Below are positions 22,113 through 33,916 of a DNA stretch of 64,000 bases, piece by piece. The stretch lies in contig CBDDFZ010000001.1 in assembly GCA_965227515.1 (NCBI GenBank), positions 3,392,001-3,456,000 on the forward strand, in the 5' to 3' direction. The notes under the pieces are model-generated. The model had not been told where the DNA came from and searched no databases. It worked only from the letters and a program-made list of their open reading frames with translations. Each line of letters starts with the position of its first letter. The stretch's first letter is position 1. The position numbers and the translations under genes were made by a program. The DNA is from Alphaproteobacteria bacterium. Lineage in GTDB: Bacteria > Pseudomonadota > Alphaproteobacteria > CALKHQ01.

Positions 22113-23027
22113 TCATTTCCCCCACTTCAGCACGACCGGATCGAGCGGCTTGAGCAACTCGATGAGCTGCTCGCGGGCCCAACCAGCCAGCGGCGGGATC
22201 GGGTGGCGGCAGAACGCCGACTTGATGACACCGCCCTCCACCATTGCCTCCTTCGACGCGCGGAAGCCGCACTGCCGATTCTCGTGGTTGATCGCCGGCA
22301 GCACGCGGGCGTAGCCGGCGAGTGCCGCCGCCCGGTCGCCGGCAGCATGTGCCTCCATGATCGGCTTGATCTGATCCGGGATGGTGGCCGACGTCATCGA
22401 ACCCGAGGCGCCGGCATCCAGGTCGGCCATCAGCGTGATCGCCTCCTCGCCGTCGAACGGCCCCTCCACCGCGTCGCCGGCGGCCTCCAGCAGGCCGCGC
22501 AGCTTCGCCGCCGTGCCGGCACACTCGATCTTGAATAGCTTTACCATCTCGATCTCGCGCGCCATCCGCGCCAGCAGCGGCACCGGCAGGTCGACGCCGG
22601 AGAGCGGCGCATCCTGCAACATGATCGGGATGCCGACCTCGCCCACCTGCCGGAACTGCTCGTAGGTCTGCTCCGCCGTGCCCTTCAGCAGCGCACCGTG
22701 ATAGGGCGCCATCATCATGATGCAGGCCGCCCCCAGCTCCTTCGCCAGACGGGCACGGTCGACCACGATGGGGGTCGCGAAATGGCTGACGGTCACGATC
22801 ACCGGCACGCGGCCGTCGACGTGCTCCATGCACAGCCGGGTCAGCATCTCGCGCTCGGCGTCGGAGATCAGGAACTGCTCGGAGAAGTTGGCCAGGATGC
22901 AGATGCCGTCGACGCCCTGGTCGACCATGCAGTCCAGCACACGGCGCATGCCGTCCTCATCCACCTTGCCGTCGTCGTGAAACGGCGTCGGCGCCACCGG
23001 CCAGATGCCGCGATAGGGTTTGGTCAT
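22113..23027 (-). CDS. DapA-family protein, L-2-keto-3-deoxyarabonate dehydratase-like (Azospirillum AraD type)
   Basis: CILANFSEQF, PYHGA, QDAP, FKIE, GPFDGEEAITLMADLDAG, INHENRQ, matching the L-KDA dehydratase sequence as I recall it. Confidence 0.82.
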   Translation of the reverse strand: MTKPYRGIWPVAPTPFHDDGKVDEDGMRRVLDCMVDQGVDGICILANFSEQFLISDAEREMLTRLCMEHVDGRVPVIVTVSHFATPIVVDRARLAKELGAACIMMMAPYHGALLKGTAEQTYEQFRQVGEVGIPIMLQDAPLSGVDLPVPLLARMAREIEMVKLFKIECAGTAAKLRGLLEAAGDAVEGPFDGEEAITLMADLDAGASGSMTSATIPDQIKPIMEAHAAGDRAAALAGYARVLPAINHENRQCGFRASKEAMVEGGVIKSAFCRHPIPPLAGWAREQLIELLKPLDPVVLKWGK

Positions 23028-23054
23028 TTTTCCTCCGGGTGTTTTTTTTATGAT

Positions 23055-23159
23055 CGTCATTGCGAAGAGCGGAGCGACGCGGCAATCCAAAGCGATCTCT
23101 TCAGCCCCCACGCCGATCGCCTGGATCGCCACGCTTGCCGTCGCAAGCTCGCGATGACG
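23055..23159. repeat. CGTC-tagged palindromic dimer (GTCATTGCGA subtype)
   Basis: CGTCATTGCGAAGAGCGGAGCGACGCGGCAATCCA...TGGATCGCC...CTCGCGATGACG. Confidence 0.75.
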
Positions 23160-23192
23160 GCAGTTTAGGTTGTTGGCGTCGGTTCGAACATC

Positions 23193-24854
23193 CTACACAT
23201 GCCGCTGGCGGGCGGGGCCGCGGTATCTGACCGTCAGTTCCGGGTCGATCTCCGAGCCATCGTAGAGGCCAAGCACGATGCCCTTGCGGCGGCTCTTGCC
23301 CCGCCCCTTCTCGATGGTTCGGTCGGCATGCGCGATGCGTTGCGACGACCGCCGCGCCCAGCGGCCGAGCCTCTCGTACATCGTCGCGATAACCTCGTGA
23401 TCGGGCGCGGTCTTGGCGAGATCGACGAACTCGTCCGGGTCGTTCTCCATGTCGAACAGCATCGGTCGGAAACCGCCCTCGGCATGCACGAACTTCCAGC
23501 GTTCATCGGCGATCATGAACAGGCGCGCGTCTTTCGGCGCGACACCCAGCTTCACCGCCATCGGCGTCGCCGAATAGTCGTACTCGCTCACCGCGAACTC
23601 CCGCCATTCATCCGGCGTCTCACCACGCAGGAACGGCAGCAGCGAGCGTCCTTCGACAATGTGGCCGGGCACCTCGCCGCCCGCCGCCTCGATGAACGTC
23701 GCCCCCACGTCGATGCCCTCGACCAGCGCATCGCAGACGGTGCCCCGCGTCGCGTCGGCCTCGCCGGATGGGTCGTAGACGATCAGCGGCGCCAGTACCG
23801 AGGGGGCGTGGAACAAGTCCTTCTCGCCCAGCCAGTGGTCACCTAGGTAGTCGCCGTGGTCGGAGGTGACGACGATCATGGTGTCGTCCATCCGCCCCGT
23901 TGCCTCCAAATGCGCGAACAGGCGGCCCATCTGATCGTCCACCTGCTTGATCAGGCCCATATAGGCCGGGATCACCGCCGCGCGCACCTCGTCGCGCTGG
24001 AACGCCTGGCCGATGACGTTGTCCATGAACGCGCCATAGACCGGGTGCGGATCGTCCCGTTCTGACGGGTGCCGTACCGCCGGCAGCACCTGATTGTGAC
24101 CGTACATGCCGTGATAGGGCGCCGGCACGATATAGGGCCAGTGCGGCTTGATGTAGGAGAGATGGCACAGCCACGGCCCGGCATCCGCGCGCTCATCCAG
24201 GAACCGGATCGCCTCCCCAGTCAGCCACGGGGTCTCGCTGTCCTCCTCGCGGATGTTTGCGGGCTTGGCCGCGTGCTGCATCAGCCAGCCCGAGGCGATC
24301 TCGCCGTCGTCGTCGACCCCGGCATTGGCATAGTCGTGCCAGGGGTTGTCGCCGTCATAGCCCTTCGACTTCAGATAGGCGTTGTACGGCGACGGCTTCT
24401 CGTCATAGCCGCCGTCGGGGCCGAACCCCCACAGCCCGTCATCGCGGACCACAACGTCGAACCCGGCCTCCGCCACCCGCGCACCGATCACGCTGTCCGG
24501 CGCCAGGCCCAGCCGCGCCATGCCGGCGGCGTCGGCCTTCATGTGGGTCTTGCCGAGCAGGAAGGCGTCCATACCGATGTCGCGCAAGTGGTCGCCCAGC
24601 GTCGGCTCGCCGACGCTCAGCGGGAAGTTGTTCCAGGCCGCGCCGTGGCTGTGCACGTATCGCCCGGTATAGAAGCTCATCCGCGAGGCACCGCACACCG
24701 GCGACTGCACGTAGCAGCGGGAGAACCGCACGCACTTCGACGCCAGCCGGTCGAGATGCGGGGTGTGCAGGTGCGGATGCCCGACGCAGCTCAGGTAATC
24801 GGCCCTGAGCTGGTCGAACATGATGAACAGGATGTTGCGGACGCGGCGGGTCAT
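23193..24854 (-). CDS. Sulfatase / phosphonate monoester hydrolase family protein
   Basis: NILFIMFDQLR, formylglycine motif CGASR, KPHWPY, TSDHGD. No signal peptide. Confidence 0.88.
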   Translation of the reverse strand: MTRRVRNILFIMFDQLRADYLSCVGHPHLHTPHLDRLASKCVRFSRCYVQSPVCGASRMSFYTGRYVHSHGAAWNNFPLSVGEPTLGDHLRDIGMDAFLLGKTHMKADAAGMARLGLAPDSVIGARVAEAGFDVVVRDDGLWGFGPDGGYDEKPSPYNAYLKSKGYDGDNPWHDYANAGVDDDGEIASGWLMQHAAKPANIREEDSETPWLTGEAIRFLDERADAGPWLCHLSYIKPHWPYIVPAPYHGMYGHNQVLPAVRHPSERDDPHPVYGAFMDNVIGQAFQRDEVRAAVIPAYMGLIKQVDDQMGRLFAHLEATGRMDDTMIVVTSDHGDYLGDHWLGEKDLFHAPSVLAPLIVYDPSGEADATRGTVCDALVEGIDVGATFIEAAGGEVPGHIVEGRSLLPFLRGETPDEWREFAVSEYDYSATPMAVKLGVAPKDARLFMIADERWKFVHAEGGFRPMLFDMENDPDEFVDLAKTAPDHEVIATMYERLGRWARRSSQRIAHADRTIEKGRGKSRRKGIVLGLYDGSEIDPELTVRYRGPARQRHV

Positions 24855-24892
24855 GGGCCTGAGATGCTAATCGACACGGCCAGCACCTTACC

Positions 24893-24983
24893 CGTCATGC
24901 GCGGACTTGATCCGCGCATCCACGACTTGTCGAAGCCGCTGGCAACAAAGACGTGGATGCCCGCAACAAGTGCGGGCATGACG
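24893..24983. repeat. CGTC-tagged palindromic dimer
   Basis: CGTCATGCGCGGACTTGATCCGCGCATCCACG...CGTGGATGCCCGCAACAAGTGCGGGCATGACG. Confidence 0.87.
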
Positions 24984-25035
24984 ACGTTGGATTGGCGATA
25001 GCGTGACCAAGTTGGCATGCGATACGGCAGGTGCC

Positions 25036-26070
25036 CTACTCCGCCGCCGATGCCTCCGGGATCTCAAGCCCGACCTCTTCATAGTAGCGCTGGGCGCCCG
25101 GGTGCAGATTCATGCCGCCGTCCTGCACCGCGTATTCCAGGGTGATGTCGGCGAGCCACGGCGCGGTCTCGCGCATCTCCGCCGCCCCCTCCCAGAACGC
25201 CTTGGTGATGGCATAGACGGTGTCGTCGTCCAGGTCCGCGCGGGTGGCGACACCGACGACCGAGCCAAAGGTGTACACGTCCTCCGCGTTGGAGATGCCG
25301 TCGCCATAGACATCCTTCGGGATCACTTCCAGCGACCGGCCGGGCACGCGGGCCGGGGCGAGTTGCTCGTCGGTCTGCGCCTCGACCTCGGCCTTAGTCG
25401 GCCCCAGTATGGTCAACTGCGATGTGGCGATCAGCTGCTCGACCTGCGGGAACGGCGGGATGCCGCCATTGACGTAGACGTCGATCTGCCGGTCCTGGAA
25501 CGCCTGGAACGCCGACGACCAGGAGCCGCGGAAGTTCTCGTAGTCCTCGTCCGGCACCATGCCGGTTTGCGCCTCGATCCACTGCTTGGCCGCGTTCCAC
25601 GCGCCGCCGCCCGGCGGGCCGAGAAACACCACCTTGCCGGCGATGTCGTCCAGGGAGGTCATGCCGTCCTCGGCATAGGTCAGCACGTGATAGGCACCAT
25701 AGGGAAACCAGAACACCAGGCGAAGATTCTCGGCCAGCTCGGGTGCTTCCGGCAGCTGCTGGTACATCACCGTGCCTTCGGACATGAACCTGAACACCGT
25801 CGGCGAGGTCATGACGAAGTCGAGGTTGCCCTCGGCAAGGTCGATCATGTGCGCGGTGGCCGCACCGGTGGCATCGACCGTGATCTCGTAGTCGTCCTGC
25901 TGCTGGTTCACGATGGTCGCCATGGTCGACATGGTGAGGTAGGCGGACGATCCCGGCGCGATGGTGGCCATCTTGATCGGGTCCGCCGCCTGCGCCGACG
26001 ATGCCAGCATCAGGCAGGTGGCGACGCCGGCGAGGAAACCAGCCCGCAAGCCCTCGTTCCAAAGTCTCAC
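25036..26070 (-). CDS. TAXI-family TRAP solute-binding protein
   Basis: Signal peptide; ATIAPGSSAY, GKVVFLGPPGGG, LHPGAQRYY; next to a fused TRAP permease. Confidence 0.88.
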   Translation of the reverse strand: MRLWNEGLRAGFLAGVATCLMLASSAQAADPIKMATIAPGSSAYLTMSTMATIVNQQQDDYEITVDATGAATAHMIDLAEGNLDFVMTSPTVFRFMSEGTVMYQQLPEAPELAENLRLVFWFPYGAYHVLTYAEDGMTSLDDIAGKVVFLGPPGGGAWNAAKQWIEAQTGMVPDEDYENFRGSWSSAFQAFQDRQIDVYVNGGIPPFPQVEQLIATSQLTILGPTKAEVEAQTDEQLAPARVPGRSLEVIPKDVYGDGISNAEDVYTFGSVVGVATRADLDDDTVYAITKAFWEGAAEMRETAPWLADITLEYAVQDGGMNLHPGAQRYYEEVGLEIPEASAAE

Positions 26071-26089
26071 AACGCTCCTCCCTTTGCTT

Positions 26090-27955
26090 TCAAGGTGCGC
26101 TCTCTTGTGGCGCTGCTTCCGTCACACGATGCACGACGATCAGGGCAATGGCAACGACCGCTCCCGCGCCGGCGACCCAGAGCACGGGCACCAGCACGGC
26201 GACACCGGCGGCCAGCCGCAGGCCTGCTTCCGGCACGGCAATCGGCCGGGTTTCATAGCGGCTGAGCCCGGTGCCGATCATCCAGGTCGAGAGCGCGAAC
26301 GCGGCCAAGGGCCAGGCAAGACCGCCGATCGTGACGCCCTCAATGATCAGCAGGTCGGGGTGATAGACGAACAGGAACGGCACGATGAAGCCGGCGATCG
26401 ACAGGCGCAGCGCGGCGACGCCGGTCGCCATCGGCGGCGAGCCTGCTATGGGGGCCGCGGCGAACGCGGCCAGCGCCACCGGCGGCGTCACCACCGACAG
26501 CACGCCGAAGTAGAGCATGAACAGGTGGGCGGCGATGGTCGGCACGCCAAGCTGTTCCAGCGCCGGGCCCATGACGATGGCGACGATCAGGTAGGCCGGG
26601 GCGGACGGCACCCCCATCCCCATCACCAGGCAGCCCAACATGATCAGCGCCAGGCTGACGATCAGCGTGTCGCCCGATACGGCCAGGATGCCTTGCGCGA
26701 ACTGCAGCCCGACACCGGACATATTGATGACGCCGATGATGAAGCCGACCGCGGCAACGATGACCATCAGGGTCGCCGCGGTGCGTCCGCCGGATACCAG
26801 CGCCCGCCACCACGCCAGCGGGTGCCTGAACTTGGGAAACAGAGCCATGCAGAGCACGAACGCGGCCGCCAGCGCATAGAAGCCGGCGAACTGCGCCGTG
26901 TAGCCCTGCGACAGCAACACGACGATGACCGCCAGCGGGACAACGAAGGCGATGCTTTGCAGCCAGTCCATCGCGGTCAGCCGGGGTCGCTCCTCGGCCG
27001 GCAGCGGGCGGATGCCCTGCTTGCGCGCCTCGATCAGGACGACGGCAAACAGGCTGACATAGTAGAGCGCGGCGGGAATGGCGGCGGCCACGATGATGTT
27101 GACGTAGGCGATGCCGGTGACATCGGCCATCAGGAACGCCACCACCCCCATCACCGGGGGCATCATCTGTCCGCCGGTCGACGCCGCCGCCTCCACCGCG
27201 CCGGCAAACCGGGCCGGAAAGCCCGCACGCTTGATGATGGGAATGGTGAAGACGCCGGTGGAAACGACATTGGCCACCGCCGCCCCCGACATGGTGCCGA
27301 ACATCGCCGACCCGACAATCGCCGCGTGCGCCGGTCCGCCCGCAAACCGCCCGGTTGCCGCGAAGGCCAGCTTCAGCAGCACGGCGCCCGCGCCCGACGT
27401 CTGCAACACCGCGCCAAAGACGATGAAGACCAGCACGGTGCGGCCAACGACCTCGACCGGGCGACCGAACACGCCGTCGGTCGAGTACCAGAGGTTGTCG
27501 GCGACCCGCTGCCAGTCCTCCCCCGCCCCCAGCCATTGGTTCGGCAGCACGATGAAGGCCGCGGCCAGCAGATAGACGAGCAGCATCGGCAGGCCGAGCG
27601 CCAGCCAGGTCGCATAGCCGATCAACAGGATCGCCGCCCAGGCGAGCGCCTGATCGAACGGCGATATGCGGATGAAGAATTCCTCCTGCGCCAGCATGAC
27701 CTGGAGCCACGTCCAGCACAGCCAGATCAGCACGCCGGCGACCGCCACCTGTGCGATCACGCGCCACCACGGCATCGCAGCCGTGGATGCCTCGGCGTCG
27801 GCCAATCCCTCCGGCCGGCGCAACAGCACTGCCGTCATCCCCAGGACGACGGTCAGCCCGGACAGCCAGCTATTGTCGAAGACGCCGAAGCCGGCGGTGT
27901 AGACGGCCAGCAGCGCCAACACCGCGCCGACCACGCGGGCCACGGCGTCCGACAT
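26090..27955 (-). CDS. TRAP transporter 4TM/12TM fused permease
   Basis: GTMSGAAVANVVSTG, EAAASTGGQMMPPVMG, TPPVALAAFAAA. Start at MSDAVAR. Confidence 0.9.
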   Translation of the reverse strand: MSDAVARVVGAVLALLAVYTAGFGVFDNSWLSGLTVVLGMTAVLLRRPEGLADAEASTAAMPWWRVIAQVAVAGVLIWLCWTWLQVMLAQEEFFIRISPFDQALAWAAILLIGYATWLALGLPMLLVYLLAAAFIVLPNQWLGAGEDWQRVADNLWYSTDGVFGRPVEVVGRTVLVFIVFGAVLQTSGAGAVLLKLAFAATGRFAGGPAHAAIVGSAMFGTMSGAAVANVVSTGVFTIPIIKRAGFPARFAGAVEAAASTGGQMMPPVMGVVAFLMADVTGIAYVNIIVAAAIPAALYYVSLFAVVLIEARKQGIRPLPAEERPRLTAMDWLQSIAFVVPLAVIVVLLSQGYTAQFAGFYALAAAFVLCMALFPKFRHPLAWWRALVSGGRTAATLMVIVAAVGFIIGVINMSGVGLQFAQGILAVSGDTLIVSLALIMLGCLVMGMGVPSAPAYLIVAIVMGPALEQLGVPTIAAHLFMLYFGVLSVVTPPVALAAFAAAPIAGSPPMATGVAALRLSIAGFIVPFLFVYHPDLLIIEGVTIGGLAWPLAAFALSTWMIGTGLSRYETRPIAVPEAGLRLAAGVAVLVPVLWVAGAGAVVAIALIVVHRVTEAAPQESAP

Positions 27956-28379
27956 GCCGGGAAGGCCTGCCACTCTCACCAAGGGCAACCGGCCCCAGCA
28001 TTCCACGCGGTGCCACGACCGTATGGCGCACCTGGCAAGGGTCCCTCCCGCGGACGTTCTCGTTGGCGTTGGCGGCACACTACCGCACCGACAACACGGC
28101 CCCGCATCATTTCGTGTAGGGCCGGCGCTGCAAGACATTTCTGCCGGCCAATTCCGGCGCGCGCACGCCCCGGCGGCACAGGTCCAGTTGACACGCCCCG
28201 TGAACTGCCCAAAACTCCGCGCGTTTCCGTGCAGCACGTACAAGGCACAGGCATCGGCGCGCGGCCGGGCCGGCGCCGCAGCGAGCACGGGTGGCGGCCG
28301 AGCCTCGGACGCTTTACCACCGCGCTAATTCGGACCGGAAGGGACACCCCAGCAATCCGGCCGCACAGGAGGAAACGGA

Positions 28380-29330
28380 ATGAAAATGCACATGGTGCCC
28401 GCCGCCGCCGCGCTGGTGCTGGCTTCGTCGCTGGCCGCACCGGCCGCGCAAGCGCAGGAACTGACGATCACGACTTCGGTGCCCAGCCTGGGCTTCCCGT
28501 TCTTCGTGCACATGATGAAGGAACTGGCCGCCGAGGCCGGTGCGCTGGGCGACATCACCGTCGTCGAATCCGACGGCCAGAACAGCGCGCCCAAGCAGAC
28601 TGCCGACGTCGAGGCGGCCATCATTCAGGGCGTCGACGGCATCGTCATCAGCCCGATTGACGTCAACGCCATGGCGCCGGCCCTACAGCAGGCGGTCGAC
28701 GCCGGCATCCCGGTCGTCACCATCGACCGCCGCGTCGACGGCGTCGACGGCATCCTGGCCCATGTCGGTGCCGACAACGTCGCAGGTGGCGAGGCCCAGG
28801 GCAACTGGGTGGTGGCCAACTATCCCGACGGCGCCTCCATCGTGAACCTGCAGGGCCAGCCCGGCGCCAGCCCGGCCATCGACCGTAACGCCGGCCTGCA
28901 CAACATTCTGGACGGCATGGCGGACAAGTACACCTTCGTCGCCGAGCAGACCGCCAACTTCGCCCGCGACCAGGGCCTCTCGGTGACGGAGAGCATCCTG
29001 GCCGGCCTCGACAGCCCGCCCGACGTCATTGTCGCCGCGAACGACGACATGGCGCTCGGTGCCTATGAGGCGGTCAATGCACTCGGCCTCGCGGACCAGA
29101 TTGCGATCATCGGGTTCGACGCGCTGCCGGAAGCCCTGGCCAGCGTGCGTGACGGCGCCCTTGCCGGCACCGTCGAGCAGTTCCCGGGCGGCCAGAGCCG
29201 CGAGGCGATGCGCCAGCTCGTCAGCCATCTGCGCGACGGCAGCACGCCGGAGCCGGTGACCATGCTGATCCCGATCATGATCACGCAGGAGAACCTGGAC
29301 GAAGGCGAGCGTCTGGGCGAGCTGAACTAG
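28380..29330 (+). CDS. Sugar ABC periplasmic binding protein (RbsB-like)
   Basis: Signal peptide, PVVTIDR, ANDDMALGA, GFDA; AGGAGG RBS. Confidence 0.93.
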   Translation: MKMHMVPAAAALVLASSLAAPAAQAQELTITTSVPSLGFPFFVHMMKELAAEAGALGDITVVESDGQNSAPKQTADVEAAIIQGVDGIVISPIDVNAMAPALQQAVDAGIPVVTIDRRVDGVDGILAHVGADNVAGGEAQGNWVVANYPDGASIVNLQGQPGASPAIDRNAGLHNILDGMADKYTFVAEQTANFARDQGLSVTESILAGLDSPPDVIVAANDDMALGAYEAVNALGLADQIAIIGFDALPEALASVRDGALAGTVEQFPGGQSREAMRQLVSHLRDGSTPEPVTMLIPIMITQENLDEGERLGELN

Positions 29331-29451
29331 CCCGGCTGCCGGGCCACTGCATTGGCGCCCTCGGCCACCGGTCGGGGGCGCCAACGTTTTCAACATGCTC
29401 AACGCGGTCACCCCCAATGCACCCGACCCACAAGACAGCGATAGTGCCGGC

Positions 29452-30990
<1,539 letters not shown>

Positions 30991-30994
30991 CCCG

Positions 30995-32047
30995 ATGTCG
31001 GACAACACTTCCCCAGGCGACGCCGCACCGCAGCGCCGGCAGATCGACACCTTCGAGCTGCTGGCCCGGTTCGCGCCACTGATCTTCCTGCTGGTGCTGA
31101 TGGCGGTGTTCGCCATAGCCGACCCCGGCTTCCTGCATCCGCTGAACCTGACCAACGTGCTGCGCCAGGTGTCAGTGACCGGATTGCTGGCCATCGGCAT
31201 GACATTCGTCATCCTGACCGCCGGCATCGACCTTTCGGTCGGCGCCGTGCTGGCCTTCGCGGGCCTGGTCGCCGCCGCCGTCGCCAAGGGCGGCCTGGAG
31301 AACCGGTTCGCGGTCGGCGAATCGTTCGAGGCCGTTGGCTATGGCTGGGGGCTCGCCATGCTGGCGGCGATCGCGGTCGGCATGCTGTGTGGCGGCCTGC
31401 AGGGGCTTGCCATCACCAAGCTGAAGGTGCCGCCGTTCGTGGTGACGCTGGGCGGCATGTCGGCGTTCCGTGGTGCGTCGCTTTGGTTCGCCGGCGGCGG
31501 GCCGATCAGCGGCTTCAGCGAGGACTACACCTATTGGGGCCAGGGCAAACTGTTCCTGGAATGGCTGGGCACCTGGGCGATCCCGGTGCCGGTGGTAATC
31601 TTCCTCGGCTTCGCGGTCATCGCGCACTGCATCCTGCGCTACACCCATTATGGCCGCCACGTCTACGCGGTCGGCGGCAATCCGGAGGCGGCCAGGCTCT
31701 CCGGCCTGAACGTCACCATGATCATCGCCAGCGTCTACATCATCATCGGCTTCTTCGCCGGACTGGGCGGGTTCGTGTTGTCGGCGCGCCTCAACTCGTC
31801 GGAGGCGGTCGCGGGCATCGGCTACGAGCTGACGGTGATCGCCTCGGTGGTGATCGGCGGCACCAGCCTGTTCGGCGGCGTCGGCAGCATCTTCGGCACC
31901 GTCATCGGCGCGCTCTTGATCGGCGTGCTGCTGAACGGCCTGCAACTGAACAACGTCTCGTCCTACGTGCAGCAGATCATCATCGGCGTGATCATCGTGC
32001 TGGCGGTCGCGTTCGATACCTTCGCCAAGTCGCGAAGACGGACATGA
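30995..32047 (+). CDS. Sugar ABC permease
   Basis: GIDLSVG, YAVGGNPEAARLSG, YELTVIASVVIGG. Confidence 0.93.
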   Translation: MSDNTSPGDAAPQRRQIDTFELLARFAPLIFLLVLMAVFAIADPGFLHPLNLTNVLRQVSVTGLLAIGMTFVILTAGIDLSVGAVLAFAGLVAAAVAKGGLENRFAVGESFEAVGYGWGLAMLAAIAVGMLCGGLQGLAITKLKVPPFVVTLGGMSAFRGASLWFAGGGPISGFSEDYTYWGQGKLFLEWLGTWAIPVPVVIFLGFAVIAHCILRYTHYGRHVYAVGGNPEAARLSGLNVTMIIASVYIIIGFFAGLGGFVLSARLNSSEAVAGIGYELTVIASVVIGGTSLFGGVGSIFGTVIGALLIGVLLNGLQLNNVSSYVQQIIIGVIIVLAVAFDTFAKSRRRT

Positions 32048-32063
32048 CACCCAGGGTAACCAT

Positions 32064-33161
32064 CTAACGCGCCGGCAGAACGAACTGCGGAGTGATCGCC
32101 CGGCCGTCTCGCGCCGCGTGAAGCACCGCCTCGGTTGCCGCAAGCGTGGCCAGTCCGTCGGCAGCGGACACCATGGGCAGCGCATCTGCGCGTATCACAT
32201 CGCAGAAGTGCCTGAGCTGGGTCAGCAGTGCGGTGCGTGGCCCAGCCTCGATCTCCCGTACCTGGAGCGGGTCCGACCAGCCGCCGGACGCCGGGTCGGC
32301 ATGACGCCAAAGTTTGATCCTCGGGAACTCCAGCGACCCGGCGGTGCCGAACAAGCGATACGGGTTCTCCGCCGTCGCAGGCACCAGCGGGTTCTCGCCG
32401 GTCGCCTGCTCCCAGCCCCACGGCGACGGCGCGGCATCGGACATGGTCACGGTCCCCACGGCACCGCCACGGAACCGCAGCAGAATGGCGGCCGTATCCT
32501 CGACCGCGAACCCGCGGGCCGCGTGGCTGCACAACGCCTGCACGCTTTCGATCTCACCGCACAGCGCGCGCAGCATGTCGATGTCGTGGATCAGGTTGAT
32601 CAGGACGGGACCGCCCCCGGGCGACCGCCGCCAGGCCACGTCGTAGTAGCTCTCCGGCTTGCGTACCGCCCAGATGGCGTTGACCGCAAGCAGTTGGCCA
32701 ATGCCACCCTCGCCCATCAGGTCCTGCGCCAGCCGCACCGAGGGATCGAAACGCCGATGATGCCCGGTCAGCACGCAAACGTTCGCTTCCGTGGCCGCGT
32801 CCAACAGGCGGCGGCCGGCGGCCACGGTATCGGCGATCGGCTTTTCAACCAGCACCGGCACGCCGCGTTCGATGTACCGCAGCGCAGTCTCGACATGGTC
32901 CGGCGTCGGCGTCGCGACAATCACGCCGTCACAGGTGCCGGCCTCTGCGAGCGCCGCGCCGTCGCGCATCCAAGGGGCATCAAGTTCAGCCGCCAACGCC
33001 TCCCCGTCCGGTGTCGGGTCGGCTATCGCGCCCAGCTCGCAGAAGCCCTCGGCCGCCACCAGCCGCGCGTGACGTGCACCGATGACGCCGGCGCCGACGA
33101 TGCCGATGCGTGGCCGGGAATTCTCGCAGCTTATTTGCACCCGGGCTTCTTGCAACGCCAT
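32064..33161 (-). CDS. Gfo/Idh/MocA family oxidoreductase
   Basis: IVGAGVIG, VEKP, GHHRRF, GGGPVLINLIHDID. Start uncertain (33140-33203). Confidence 0.88.
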   Translation of the reverse strand: MALQEARVQISCENSRPRIGIVGAGVIGARHARLVAAEGFCELGAIADPTPDGEALAAELDAPWMRDGAALAEAGTCDGVIVATPTPDHVETALRYIERGVPVLVEKPIADTVAAGRRLLDAATEANVCVLTGHHRRFDPSVRLAQDLMGEGGIGQLLAVNAIWAVRKPESYYDVAWRRSPGGGPVLINLIHDIDMLRALCGEIESVQALCSHAARGFAVEDTAAILLRFRGGAVGTVTMSDAAPSPWGWEQATGENPLVPATAENPYRLFGTAGSLEFPRIKLWRHADPASGGWSDPLQVREIEAGPRTALLTQLRHFCDVIRADALPMVSAADGLATLAATEAVLHAARDGRAITPQFVLPAR

Positions 33162-33318
33162 GCGCACCTGCGCAAGCCGACAACGCGCATCGGAATGGAC
33201 CAAATGCCGCTGCGGCGCTCATACCGTTGGTTGAAGACACCCATCTGACCACATGCGACAGTGGGCAGGTCGTCAGTCGCTCCGGCTTCGCATAGCCCAT
33301 CTCAGAGGATGCATCACA

Positions 33319-33909
33319 TTGGACAACGGCAAGCAGATTGCAGTCATACTTGGCCATCCGGATCCGGACCCCAGTCGGCTGTGCAGTGCGTTGGTGAATG
33401 CCTATATGATCGGTGCCCGGGCAGGCGGGCATCATGTGCGCCGGATCGACGTTGCCGAGTTGGATTTTCCCTGGATCAAGAACAAGGCGGACTTCGAGGA
33501 CGGGCCGCGCCCACCCGACATCGTGCGCGCGCAAGATGCCATTCACGCGGCGAACCACCTGGTCCTGGTGTACCCGCTGTGGCACGGCACCATGCCAGCC
33601 CTGATGAAGGCCTTCATCGAGCAAGTGTTTCGCTACGATTTTGCGTTCGAGCCTGAGCCGAAGGGCCGATACCGCAAGCTCTTGACCGGCCGTTCGGCAC
33701 GGGTCGCGATCACGATGGGCATGCCCGCATTGGCCTATCGCTTCTGGTTCCGTGCCCACAGCCTGAAGAACCTGGAACGCAATGTGCTCAAATTCTCCGG
33801 CATCGGGCCAATTCGCGAAAGCCTGTTCGGCATGGTCGAGGATGCAAGCGAGACCGTGCGCGCCAACTGGCTGCAGCGCATGGAGAGGCTGGGCCAGCAG
33901 GGCGCTTAG
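33319..33909 (+). CDS. Flavodoxin-like NAD(P)H-dependent oxidoreductase (quinone reductase family)
   Basis: ILGHPD, YPLWHGTMPALMKAFIE, TMGMP. TTG start after AGAGG. Confidence 0.85.
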   Translation: MDNGKQIAVILGHPDPDPSRLCSALVNAYMIGARAGGHHVRRIDVAELDFPWIKNKADFEDGPRPPDIVRAQDAIHAANHLVLVYPLWHGTMPALMKAFIEQVFRYDFAFEPEPKGRYRKLLTGRSARVAITMGMPALAYRFWFRAHSLKNLERNVLKFSGIGPIRESLFGMVEDASETVRANWLQRMERLGQQGA

Positions 33910-33916
33910 AGCTTGA

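Noticed and set aside
25961-28660. 899-aa plus-strand ORF and similar long ORFs (58131-60422, 42883-44922, 6295-8079)
   Set aside because: Antisense shadows of well-supported genes, expected in high-GC DNA; Arg/His/Gly-rich with no motifs.
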